This document shows positions 29,006 to 38,351 of a stretch of DNA of 64,000 bases, piece by piece. Below the pieces are notes generated by a model. It saw nothing but the letters and a program-made list of their open reading frames with translations, searched no databases and was not told where the DNA came from. The translations under genes were made by a program, and so were the position numbers. The DNA is from Candidatus Parcubacteria bacterium (GTDB lineage Bacteria > Patescibacteriota > Patescibacteriia > UBA1558 > GWA2-36-10): the NCBI GenBank assembly GCA_018669975.1, contig JABHSK010000002.1:5535-69534 (forward strand), in the 5' to 3' direction. Within the stretch, counting starts at the first letter, position 1. Every line of letters starts with the position of its first letter.

Positions 29006-30328
29006 TTATTTAACTGGGACTTCCTCTGCTTTAACTTGTTTCATTACTTCTTTCTCAAACAATATTGCACCCAAAACAGTTACTAGAATAACACCCAGTA
29101 AAGCGGCAGCGGCAAAAGTCTCATCTAAAGCATGATTAGCTAGAGCAACAGCTACAAAAACTAAGCCAACTTCACCACGAATAGACATGGCCAAACCAAC
29201 TAATTTTCCTTCTTGCTTATTCTTAAATAAATATTTAACAATATACTTACCAGCAAAACCAAGCACAGTAAATAAAATAGCCCACATCCAAACCTTAAAA
29301 TCAGTTAATGCGGCTCGTGGTAACATGGTACCAATACTGACTAGGAACCCACCTACAAAAATATGCATGTAGCCTTCAATTTTATCCCAAGCTCCGTGTT
29401 TAATTTCATTATCAACTTTTGATAAAACTACACCGATACCAAAAGCACCCAAAACAGGCTCTAGACCTAGCAAGGCTGCTGCAGAGGCACCTAACATTAG
29501 CATGCCAAAGAAAAATCTAGTAAATACACCAGTGCTATTATTACTATACTGTCTGTTCAAATAAGAAGCGATCTTATCAGCTATACCCATACTCCACAAA
29601 GCATATGTAGCTACCAAAAATACCACTACACCAATAGCCAACATTACAAAAGGATTCATACCACTAGCTTCGACTGCATGCTCACCAGCTCCAGTAGAAG
29701 ATAATTTAGCTAAAACAGTTAAAATAATAACACCTAAAATATCATCAATAACTGCTGCACCAACAATCTGATTACCAAGGTTAGTTTCCAATTTACCAGC
29801 TCGCTTCAAAGCTTCTACTGATAGACCAACTGAAGTAGCCGTAAAGATACCGCCTAAGAAAATACTTGGTACTAAACCTAAGTCTAAAACATAATATCCT
29901 AAAGCTGCAAAAGATAATAAGGGTATTAATACACCACCAAAAGCTACAGCGCTAGCAATACCAATATTCTTTTTGAGCAACTCCATATCAAAATGAAGAC
30001 CAGCCTCAAATAATATAAATAACACACCAATTAAACGGGCCAACTCTACGCCGACAGCATCTGGCTGTAAAACACCTAATACTGCTGGACCAGCAATAAT
30101 ACCCATGATAATTTTACCAGCCATTGGAGCTATACCCATAGCCTTGGCTAGGCGACCACCAAAAGTGGCAAACAATGCTAGAAATGATATATCAATCAAG
30201 ATCGGTAAGTAAGTTTTTACTTCGTGATGATGACTGAGTACTAATTTTTCTTTAACAAAATATAAAATCACTGAAATAACAGCGACTTCTAGGACAAAGA
30301 AAAACAAACCTTTTAATTTCTGATTCAT
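29006..30328 (-). CDS. monovalent cation:proton antiporter (CPA/Na+-H+ exchanger family)
   Basis: 440 aa, 11-13 TM, Gly-rich helices typical of Kef/NapA-type exchangers. Confidence 0.7.
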   Translation of the reverse strand: MNQKLKGLFFFVLEVAVISVILYFVKEKLVLSHHHEVKTYLPILIDISFLALFATFGGRLAKAMGIAPMAGKIIMGIIAGPAVLGVLQPDAVGVELARLIGVLFILFEAGLHFDMELLKKNIGIASAVAFGGVLIPLLSFAALGYYVLDLGLVPSIFLGGIFTATSVGLSVEALKRAGKLETNLGNQIVGAAVIDDILGVIILTVLAKLSSTGAGEHAVEASGMNPFVMLAIGVVVFLVATYALWSMGIADKIASYLNRQYSNNSTGVFTRFFFGMLMLGASAAALLGLEPVLGAFGIGVVLSKVDNEIKHGAWDKIEGYMHIFVGGFLVSIGTMLPRAALTDFKVWMWAILFTVLGFAGKYIVKYLFKNKQEGKLVGLAMSIRGEVGLVFVAVALANHALDETFAAAALLGVILVTVLGAILFEKEVMKQVKAEEVPVK

Positions 30329-30412
30329 ATTTATTTTTAATCTGATTAATTAATAATTTATAATAAAAACAGCAATAGTATACACTATTGCTGTAGAAAA
30401 ATCAAGTCTATT

Positions 30413-31690
30413 TTATTTAGCTATATTAGCTATACACCAATCTGGATCTGAATGATCGTTACATAACAAAGGGTCTCCCAGATTAGAAGCTACTGACGCA
30501 ATGCAGCCATCAAAATAATCACCCGTAAACATTGTTGATTTATATTTAAGGCAATCATCTGTGTTGTCTAAATAATCATAAACCGATATAGCACAAAAAA
30601 TAAAAGTATCAGGATCTAAAGAGCAGGGCTCTAATGTTTTATTATTCTTTCCAATCTTAGCCAAACAATAATCTGGCTGATTTAATGTCAGGCATTTTGC
30701 AGTATCATTATCTCTAACTGCCTGATTCTTGGTTACATTTTCTTGACAACGAAATTTTAAAGTTGTCATTGCAGAAAAACCAGCTGTCTCACAAAAATCT
30801 GAATCAAAAGCCCTATTACTAACCGCATCCAAGCAAACGTCAATACCCATTCCATCGTCTTCAACCATAGAACGGCAAATTTCTGCTGCTGCGTATTCAT
30901 CAAAATCTTCTTCTTCTAGCATCTGCTCTACTATTTCCCATTTAGCTTTAATAGCATTTGTTAAAGTATCATTAGGATTATAACCATTTATTACTTCTAC
31001 TAGATCACTGTAACCATCATCATCTGTGTCCACTTTAGTATCCTCTGCTCTATTCATTTTTTCTAAAAACAAATTGAGACCATCTTCATCTTCGTCTGTC
31101 TGCAATAATGTTAAATAATACGTATACGCATCTTCTTTGAAAAACTGACATGTACCATCCATATAAACCTGATCTTCTTCACTAAGATCTCCTTCAAAAA
31201 AAGTATAATCTTCTTGTAATTCGGTTGGAAAATATTTAATATCTTCAGGATTTTTAACTAAATAACACATGGTTAATGAAGGGAGATTCTCTCTCCGAGT
31301 ATAATCTCCGAGGAGTTCAGCCACTGTCATTCCCTCATCATCATTATGAGCTGACTCTGGAATATCACTATCATCAACATCAGATATTTGATTTCTTACC
31401 ACGCCTTCTGAAACACTAACAGTCTGCACCTCTGTAATCTCTGTCCCGCTGCCACTACCCTTTAACAAAAAATATCCAGCTAGAACTACTCCTATTAATG
31501 CAATACCAATTACAACAGCCAAAATTATGCCTTTATTAGCAAAAATCCCTGTGGAACTCGGCGCAGGGATATTATTAGCTACCTGGTTAATTGGTGGATT
31601 ATTCACTGGAACATCCACTGGGGGTGGTTGTTGTTGAACTGGTTGTTGAGGTTGAGACTGAGGCTGTTTATTCTCTATTTCTTCAAACAT
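30413..31690 (-). CDS. membrane-anchored Pro/Gln-rich protein with TSP3-like repeat and Cys-rich C-terminus
   Basis: N-terminal QPQSQPQQPVQQQPPP tract, single TM, DTDDDGYSDLVEVINGYNPND motif, 18-Cys C-terminal region. Confidence 0.6.
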   Translation of the reverse strand: MFEEIENKQPQSQPQQPVQQQPPPVDVPVNNPPINQVANNIPAPSSTGIFANKGIILAVVIGIALIGVVLAGYFLLKGSGSGTEITEVQTVSVSEGVVRNQISDVDDSDIPESAHNDDEGMTVAELLGDYTRRENLPSLTMCYLVKNPEDIKYFPTELQEDYTFFEGDLSEEDQVYMDGTCQFFKEDAYTYYLTLLQTDEDEDGLNLFLEKMNRAEDTKVDTDDDGYSDLVEVINGYNPNDTLTNAIKAKWEIVEQMLEEEDFDEYAAAEICRSMVEDDGMGIDVCLDAVSNRAFDSDFCETAGFSAMTTLKFRCQENVTKNQAVRDNDTAKCLTLNQPDYCLAKIGKNNKTLEPCSLDPDTFIFCAISVYDYLDNTDDCLKYKSTMFTGDYFDGCIASVASNLGDPLLCNDHSDPDWCIANIAK

Positions 31691-31715
31691 GTTTATTTAT
31701 TTTTATAAATTTAAA

Positions 31716-32135
31716 CTAAACACTATCCTGTGAATCTACATTTTGTGGTTCAACCGGCTGCTCTGGTTGAGGTGTCGGTGGAGCTTGATCCATTGTGGGA
31801 GCAGTCATAGGTGCCGCCATGGATTGGCTAGATTTTGAAATCAAGAAGAGAATACCAATCACAAAGGCTGGTCCAGACATAGCTAAAAATGATAACCAAG
31901 GTGTATCCCCCCAGGCCATCACAATATAGACAATGCCTAAAATGATAAATATAATTCCTCCTATCATCTCCTGCTTCCAGGCAATTAATAAAGCTATCAA
32001 CACCGCTATTGTTGGTGTTAAATGCATGAATAACGCTCCCCAAGAGAATTGTTCAATGTCAAAAACAAATAAAGTTACTACCAAGGTAAACATGATAGCA
32101 AAAACTCTGGGAATCCAATATAAAGTTTGATTCAT
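31716..32135 (-). CDS. small 4-TM membrane protein with Pro/Gln-rich C-terminal tail
   Basis: 139 aa; hydrophobic helices followed by APTMDQAPPTPQPEQPVEPQ. Confidence 0.5.
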   Translation of the reverse strand: MNQTLYWIPRVFAIMFTLVVTLFVFDIEQFSWGALFMHLTPTIAVLIALLIAWKQEMIGGIIFIILGIVYIVMAWGDTPWLSFLAMSGPAFVIGILFLISKSSQSMAAPMTAPTMDQAPPTPQPEQPVEPQNVDSQDSV

Positions 32136-32161
32136 ATCAATTTATTTTAATTTTTTATATT

Positions 32162-32614
32162 TTAATTGTCTAAAAATATCTGATCTGGTGTCACCCAAGT
32201 GCCTAAGGGATTAACATTGCAAGCCATCGCTTCATACTGCGCTTCCTCACCACTAATAGGTTGCCCACCATGATCATATGACCAAATCACAACCTCTGTT
32301 ATAGTTTTACCACCAGTCTGACAACCTCCGTTGGTGCTATAGGGACAAGTGTTTTTAGAAAAAGTTCCTTCACTGCCACAATTAAGCTCCATTTGCTGCT
32401 CTGTCCAAAAACTACCAATATAATCTACACAATGACTCTTGTCATCAATGGTATTACAACTACCACGCACCTTATAATCTCCACTTGTTTCCTGCAGCAT
32501 ATCCTCTACCACCTCAATACCCTCGTCTATTTCTTCTTGAGTAGGTGGATTTCCATTTTTCCCACAGCCAGCTATAGCCAAAGGTAAAATCAAAACTAAT
32601 AATAATTTTTTCAT
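32162..32614 (-). CDS. Cys-rich lipoprotein
   Basis: lipobox LAIAGC after MKKLLLVLIL signal; 8 Cys in mature part. Confidence 0.6.
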   Translation of the reverse strand: MKKLLLVLILPLAIAGCGKNGNPPTQEEIDEGIEVVEDMLQETSGDYKVRGSCNTIDDKSHCVDYIGSFWTEQQMELNCGSEGTFSKNTCPYSTNGGCQTGGKTITEVVIWSYDHGGQPISGEEAQYEAMACNVNPLGTWVTPDQIFLDN

Positions 32615-32726
32615 AATATTTTTTAACTAGCCCTTAGTTAGCATGGTAATAAGAGATACCGACAGTAGTATTACCAGCATGATAATAATAAAAATAAAAA
32701 ATTTTGGTGGCTTCATAATTTAAATT

Positions 32727-32987
32727 TTAAACCGCACAACAAAATGGCGGATTGATAATAATATATAAAAACAAAATAAAAATTATCCAAGTTATAATCA
32801 AAAATATTCTATCTACTAAATCCAATTGAGAAAACTTAATTAAACCAATAATAGAAAAAGTAGCCGCAACTATGGGCATCAACATGCTAATAATAGGTAA
32901 GCCTAAGAAAACTACCAACAAGGAAACAAAGCTATAAACACCAATATGCTTAAATTCTCTTTTTTTCGAGTGTTTTTTCTTCTCCAT
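32727..32987 (-). CDS. small membrane protein (2-3 TM)
   Basis: 86-aa hydrophobic ORF with basic N-terminus. Confidence 0.4.
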   Translation of the reverse strand: MEKKKHSKKREFKHIGVYSFVSLLVVFLGLPIISMLMPIVAATFSIIGLIKFSQLDLVDRIFLIITWIIFILFLYIIINPPFCCAV

Positions 32988-33057
32988 GAAACTGCTCTAA
33001 TAATAGCTTAATAATACCATAATATGGGTTAAAAAACTACCCAATATTACGTATAAA

Positions 33058-33082
33058 AAAGAGAGCTCCGTTGAGCTCTCCA
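33058..33082 (-). terminator. terminator for the GC-rich lipoprotein gene
   Basis: gagagctc-cgtt-gagctctc hairpin preceded by A-run (T-run on minus strand). Confidence 0.55.
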
Positions 33083-33086
33083 TATG

Positions 33087-33509
33087 CTAGAAGTCATAGT
33101 TCTCGTAGTCGAGTTCCCTGTCCAGATCTATCTGGAATTCACCGACTATCTCCGGCGGGCGATTGTCATCCATGATGACCGTCCAATAAGTACCGCCTTG
33201 CTTGGCGACCAACAACATGTGAGTAAACTGCACTTGGACGGTGTCTGCAAAGCTGGGATGGTACATGGCTGGAAAGTAATCATCGGCCGAATTTTCGATT
33301 AACGCATTGGTACTACCAACTCTGATGTTGGCATAAAAAAGTACTCGATCGAAATCATCAACGTGACTGGCCACGTACAGAGCTTCCTCCACTGAGGACT
33401 CGTGCCAGGCATAGTGATACTCAGGTGGTGTGGACTCACCACAACCAACCAACAGCAATAAAGCAATTGTAGCCCACACGAGCGCCAAACTAGTAAATCG
33501 ATACTTCAT
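33087..33509 (-). CDS. lipoprotein encoded in a GC-rich (about 50%) segment; start likely the internal MKYRF
   Basis: signal plus lipobox LLLVGCGES; ORF track gives 33087..33542 but Met12 precedes the signal peptide; base composition clearly differs from the flanking DNA. Confidence 0.55.
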   Translation of the reverse strand: MKYRFTSLALVWATIALLLLVGCGESTPPEYHYAWHESSVEEALYVASHVDDFDRVLFYANIRVGSTNALIENSADDYFPAMYHPSFADTVQVQFTHMLLVAKQGGTYWTVIMDDNRPPEIVGEFQIDLDRELDYENYDF

Positions 33510-33709
33510 GACTTCCTCCTTTTTGAGTGTTTCAGTGTACACAAATAACTACCTATATTTACACAAAACACGCTTTTTGTCAATAGTAGTAAGGGTTTTA
33601 TAAAAATAAGTATAACTATAAAAGGTCCCTATATTGACAAAAAGGCCTATTTTTACTAGGCTATCTAATTATTCCTATAGAACCTTTTAAACTAACCAGG
33701 AGGAAAATA

Positions 33710-33910
33710 GTGGAAAGACCCCCTAAAAAAAGATTTTGGCGAGCCTGCCGTAATATCTGGGCCTGCATCCTACCGCTGTCTCTAACCTGTATTTTTATCC
33801 CCTCCCTGCCTTCTGGCTTGTTCATTGTACCTCTGATGGCCGGCGCACGGCTAACTTTTCATAGCTACTGCCAGATTGTAGTTACCGCTGAACAAAACCC
33901 TATTGCCTAA
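33710..33910 (+). CDS. small basic/hydrophobic Cys-containing protein (66 aa), GC-rich
   Basis: GTG start 6 nt after AGGAGG; followed by a terminator; same atypical composition as the adjacent lipoprotein gene. Confidence 0.4.
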   Translation: MERPPKKRFWRACRNIWACILPLSLTCIFIPSLPSGLFIVPLMAGARLTFHSYCQIVVTAEQNPIA

Positions 33911-33920
33911 AAGGCAAAAA

Positions 33921-33953
33921 CCACCCCCAATAAAACAAGGGGTGGCTTTTTTT
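33921..33953 (+). terminator. rho-independent terminator
   Basis: ccacccc-11nt-ggggtgg followed by cttttttt. Confidence 0.5.
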
Positions 33954-33964
33954 ATCTATGTCAA

Positions 33965-34216
33965 TTATTTTAATTTACTACCTTTCCCCCATAAAATATC
34001 AAATATGTTCTTAAAATTATCAGCAAAATGACGGTTAGTAATTTTAATACCCACTAGATTCTTATTTTCCATGGACATAATACTAACTACATCTCCCATG
34101 ATATACATCACAAATTTATCTACTTTATTTTTAGCTGGCAAATACCTAGCTTCTAACCATTGGTTGTCTTTGTAAATTTTTTCCTTCTTTTTCTCAATCG
34201 CTGAAGAATTTACCAA
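33965..34216 (-). CDS. hypothetical small protein (TTG start in ORF track)
   Basis: 83-aa ORF between the GC-rich patch and the tRNA; no motifs. Confidence 0.3.
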   Translation of the reverse strand: MVNSSAIEKKKEKIYKDNQWLEARYLPAKNKVDKFVMYIMGDVVSIMSMENKNLVGIKITNRHFADNFKNIFDILWGKGSKLK

Positions 34217-34528
34217 TAGTTTGGTTGTTATGTTTAATTCTTTCTTCCAGCGCTCTATCTTATCCTGCCAGGATGACTCAAAAATAAAACTCCACTCTTT
34301 ACTCCAAACAAAAAACCGCCCCTGTTTCCTAAAATCACGCTGAAAACAAAACGGTTTCTGTATGAATATTTCAAAATTTATTTATTCTTAAATCTACTGC
34401 GTCTTTTAAGTTTTTTACGCCTTCGTCTTTTCACGGATATTCTCTTGTGTTTCAGTTTTGTTCCCATGTCTTAGTTATATAAATTAATGGTAGAAATATA
34501 GCAAATTGTCTATAAAATGTCAATATGG

Positions 34529-34605
34529 TGGTCGTCCTGCCGGGACTTGAACCCGGGACCCCCACTTTATAAGAGTGGTGCTCTAACCAACTGAGCTACA
34601 GGACG
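34529..34605 (-). tRNA. tRNA-Ile, anticodon UAU (reads AUA)
   Basis: manual fold: acceptor CGTCCTG/CAGGACG, D-arm GCTC-AGTTGGTTA-GAGC, anticodon arm CCACT-CTTATAA-AGTGG (loop U33-UAU-A37), T-arm CCGGG-TTCAAGT-CCCGG, discriminator A, encoded CCA; body very similar to ileX-type tRNA-Ile2 but with T instead of C at position 34. Confidence 0.85.
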
Positions 34606-34684
34606 ATGAAAACATACATATTATAAATCAAACAACGTATTTTGTGAAGACTTTGGTCGTATTCGATATTAAACCCTAGTCACA

Positions 34685-35794
34685 CTAAACGCTGTTTATT
34701 ATATTCAACTTCTTTTGTATTTTGTCTATGACCAGATCTTTGGTTTCCTCAATTTCTTTGTCGATGACAATTTTGGCCAAGCGACGATACCCCTTGCCTT
34801 GCATATCCTTAGTCAGTTCCAAGGCATTTATATTATTAATGCTATAAACACAAACTTTTGTTTTATACAATTCTACTTGGTAAAAAATAACAGCCGCTTG
34901 AACATCTGGTGTAGATAAAATTAGATCTTTGACCATCTCCTCAAAATCCTGTGGCAAATTATCTATCTCGTCATGTTGCAAATACGAACTAATAATATTG
35001 TCTTTCTTTTTTAAACGAGATAATACTCTACCCCAATTTTTAAGAGTACTAATATCTTTAGTTCTATATAGAGTCTCTACAATCTGACCACGGTCAGCTC
35101 CTTTTATGATTAGCTGGCTAGCCAACTCCAGTGTCTTTGGATTAACTTGCGGCGACTGAAAACTATTAGTAGCTGAAATCATACCTGCCAATAAACAGGT
35201 GGCGATATTCTTATCTAGGTGTTTATTCAAAACATGATAGGAAACCTCTGCTAGAGAAGTAACATTACTTTCTACCACATTTAATTGTCCAAAATTTTCA
35301 TTGAGCAATGATCGATCGATATTAATGATGGGTACATCATGAAAAAAACTACGGTTACTATCAAACACTTTACCAAGAGCCTCCAGACTAGGAGCACCAA
35401 AGGTGATAATTAAGTCATATTTATAGTCATCTTTATGTGTCGATAGATCTGAATCATTAAACAATCCATCTTCTGGCACAATATCAATATGTAATTGCTT
35501 GCCTTTGACATCATAACTAAGCTGTTTAACTTTGGTCTTGGATGTATCTAAAATAATCTTGAATTTATTAACATCATCTAGATTTTCCTTAAAGCTTACC
35601 TTGGATGGCAAGAACTTAAGTTTGTGCACTTTACCATCAAAAACCAAATCAACCAGCTTCTTTTGTTTTGACAAAAAAAGCCACCAGGCTGCAGCCGTGC
35701 TGACAGTGTCTACACTGGGGCTTTGAGGTCCGGTCAACAAAATGCGATTAGACGAACTCAAAAGCTTGCTAAATTGTTTTAATGGCAAATCCAT
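34685..35794 (-). CDS. DHH-superfamily-like protein with degenerate catalytic motifs
   Basis: ILLTGPQSPSVDTVSTAAAWW resembles DHH motif I; INIDRS sits where NrnA has NIDHH; no GGGH motif. Confidence 0.4.
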   Translation of the reverse strand: MDLPLKQFSKLLSSSNRILLTGPQSPSVDTVSTAAAWWLFLSKQKKLVDLVFDGKVHKLKFLPSKVSFKENLDDVNKFKIILDTSKTKVKQLSYDVKGKQLHIDIVPEDGLFNDSDLSTHKDDYKYDLIITFGAPSLEALGKVFDSNRSFFHDVPIINIDRSLLNENFGQLNVVESNVTSLAEVSYHVLNKHLDKNIATCLLAGMISATNSFQSPQVNPKTLELASQLIIKGADRGQIVETLYRTKDISTLKNWGRVLSRLKKKDNIISSYLQHDEIDNLPQDFEEMVKDLILSTPDVQAAVIFYQVELYKTKVCVYSINNINALELTKDMQGKGYRRLAKIVIDKEIEETKDLVIDKIQKKLNIINSV

Positions 35795-36001
35795 TTATAC
35801 TTAAATTTATACTTTTTGACTATTAAATCTATAATATTACGGCCATATTGTCAATACTTTTTATCCACTATTCACTCTAATAAGTCAATAGCCACCCCAT
35901 TAGATTGACTTTTTAGCCAAAATTTAGTAGAGTAAAGCCGAAATATAAAAAATATCCTCGAATAATACACATCTTTAGTGTATTAATTTATTTATAAAAC
36001 T

Positions 36002-37975
36002 ATGAATGTATCAGCACTAGCTAGACAACTAAAAATTACTACTAACGAACTCCTGGAAAAATTGCCCGAGTTGGGCTTTGATATTGGTGCTAGAGCTATC
36101 AAAGTAGACGATAAATTGGCTCCCAAAATAATTGAGGCTTGGAAAAAAGCGGCTAAAAAAGACAGGTTCAAAAAAGAATTATCTAAGGTAACAGAGATTC
36201 GTGGCCAAGATAAAGATAAGGATTCAGACAAAGAACTCAAGGAAATATCTATTGGTGATACTATAATTGTCAAAGATATGGCTGAAATCATGGATCTGCC
36301 AGTAGCTAAATTGATGGGTGAATTAATGGCTAATGGTATCATGGTATCCCTTAATGAAAGAATTGATTTTGATACAGCCACTATTATTGCTGAAGATTTA
36401 GGATTTAAAGTAAATAAAGATAAAGCCGAGATTACTGAGGAAATCAGCAAACGAGAGCGCTTGGAAAAATTACTTAGCAAAAGAAAAACCGAAGACGCTA
36501 AACCTCCAGTAGTGGTGGTCATGGGTCATGTTGATCATGGTAAAACTAAACTATTGGATTCTATTCGTGAGACAAATGTAGTCGACCAAGAGGCTGGTGG
36601 CATCACCCAACACATCGGTGCTTATCAGGTGGAAGCTCATGACAGACTAATTACTTTCCTGGATACACCAGGTCACGAAGCTTTCAAGGCCATGCGTAGT
36701 CGTGGTGGTCAAATTGCTGACGTGGCTATTTTAGTAGTAGCCGCTGATGATGGACTACAACCACAAACTTTAGAAAGTATCTCTGTTATTCAAAAAGAAA
36801 AGCTCCCCTTCATTGTGGCTATCAATAAAATCGATAAAGAAAATGCTGACGTAGATAAAGTTAAACAAGAACTATATGAAATAAATCTAATGCCAGAAGA
36901 CTGGGGTGGTAAAACTATTTGTCAGCCAATTTCTGCCAAAGAAAAACAAGGTATAACGGAAATATTAGACTTAGTGCTCTTGGTCACTGACATAGAAGAT
37001 CTCAAGGCTGACGACAGTGGCTCTGCTATTGGCACTATAATAGAATCACATATAGATAAAAGTGCTGGGCCGGTAGCCACCGTTCTAGTACAAGCTGGCA
37101 TGCTTAAAATTAGTGATATGTTTATCGTTGGTGATGTGCCAGGTAAAATAAAAATACTGCAAAACTGGAAAGGTGAAAATGTAAAACAAGCTGGTCCAGC
37201 AACTCCAGTAAAAATCTTGGGCTTAAAACAGCTACCAACTGTCGGGGAAATCTTAGAAGTAATTTCTGACAAAAAAACCTTTAAGGAAAAGCTTAAGCAA
37301 GCTAGCAACAAAAAGAAAGTATCTGTTACTACCAGTAGTAGCAGCAATGGTGACAACGACGACGAAGAGCAAATTAACAGTCTTAATTTAATCATCAAAT
37401 CTGATGTATTGGGATCAGCTGAGGCTATCGAAGAATCACTGGATAAGATAGAAGTAGAAGACACTCGGATTAAAGTACTCAAAAAAGGCTTAGGTCAAAT
37501 AACTGAAGATGATATCCTCAACGCCGAAGCTACCAACGCTTTAGTAATTGGCTTTCACATCAAAGAGAATAAAAATATTCAATCTCTAGCTGATGAGAAA
37601 AATGTCACTATCCTCTATTTTGATATTATCTACAAACTATTGGAAGACGTTGAAGAAAGATTAAAGAGTATCAAAAGCAAAAAAACCATCCATAAACTAC
37701 AGGGTAAAATGGAAGTGTTGGCTATCTTTAAAACCAATAAAAATAGTATGATATTCGGCGGCAAAATTACTGAGGGTAAAGCTACCAAAACTAGTAAAAT
37801 CAAAGTACTAAAAAATGACGAGGTAGAAGCTATTGGTCAAATAACCACGCTCCAAGCAGCCAAAGAAAGTGTTAGTGAGGTTGTCGAGGGCAATGAAGCT
37901 GGCATCGAATATAAAGGTGAGCCAATAATTGAAGTTGGTGATACTTTAGAATTTTTTGAAGAAACATATGAGTAA
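36002..37975 (+). CDS. infB: translation initiation factor IF-2
   Basis: G domain VVVVMGHVDHGKTKLLD, DTPGHEAF, NKIDK; C-terminal beta-barrels. Confidence 0.95.
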   Translation: MNVSALARQLKITTNELLEKLPELGFDIGARAIKVDDKLAPKIIEAWKKAAKKDRFKKELSKVTEIRGQDKDKDSDKELKEISIGDTIIVKDMAEIMDLPVAKLMGELMANGIMVSLNERIDFDTATIIAEDLGFKVNKDKAEITEEISKRERLEKLLSKRKTEDAKPPVVVVMGHVDHGKTKLLDSIRETNVVDQEAGGITQHIGAYQVEAHDRLITFLDTPGHEAFKAMRSRGGQIADVAILVVAADDGLQPQTLESISVIQKEKLPFIVAINKIDKENADVDKVKQELYEINLMPEDWGGKTICQPISAKEKQGITEILDLVLLVTDIEDLKADDSGSAIGTIIESHIDKSAGPVATVLVQAGMLKISDMFIVGDVPGKIKILQNWKGENVKQAGPATPVKILGLKQLPTVGEILEVISDKKTFKEKLKQASNKKKVSVTTSSSSNGDNDDEEQINSLNLIIKSDVLGSAEAIEESLDKIEVEDTRIKVLKKGLGQITEDDILNAEATNALVIGFHIKENKNIQSLADEKNVTILYFDIIYKLLEDVEERLKSIKSKKTIHKLQGKMEVLAIFKTNKNSMIFGGKITEGKATKTSKIKVLKNDEVEAIGQITTLQAAKESVSEVVEGNEAGIEYKGEPIIEVGDTLEFFEETYE

Positions 37976-38297
37976 ACGTACTGAACAAGTAGCTGAATTG
38001 CTACGTACAGAAATAAACAATATAATCATTCGTGATTTTGAGCCGCCGATTGGAACATTAGTTTCAATAGCTGCTGTCACAGTTTCACCTGACTTAAAAA
38101 ATGCTACTGCCTATATTAGCATTATCCCGGAAAACAAAATTGGTAGTGCTCTAGAAAAAATCAAAAAATTTGGAGGTCATGTTCAAAAACGTCTTGGTCA
38201 ACACATTAATCTAAAAACAACCCCTCGCATCAAATGGGAACTCGATGAACGAGGTCTCAAATATGCAGCAATAGACGAAGCTTTAAAAAACACCTAA
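37956..38297 (+). CDS. rbfA: ribosome-binding factor A
   Basis: 113 aa; RTEQVAELLRTEINNII...VSIAAVTVSPDLKNATAYIS; overlaps infB stop. Confidence 0.85.
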   Translation: MKKHMSKRTEQVAELLRTEINNIIIRDFEPPIGTLVSIAAVTVSPDLKNATAYISIIPENKIGSALEKIKKFGGHVQKRLGQHINLKTTPRIKWELDERGLKYAAIDEALKNT

Positions 38298-38351
38298 TCA
38301 GGTGTTTTTATATTTTATTGTGTGCTAATATATTTAAAATAAATAAACTAT

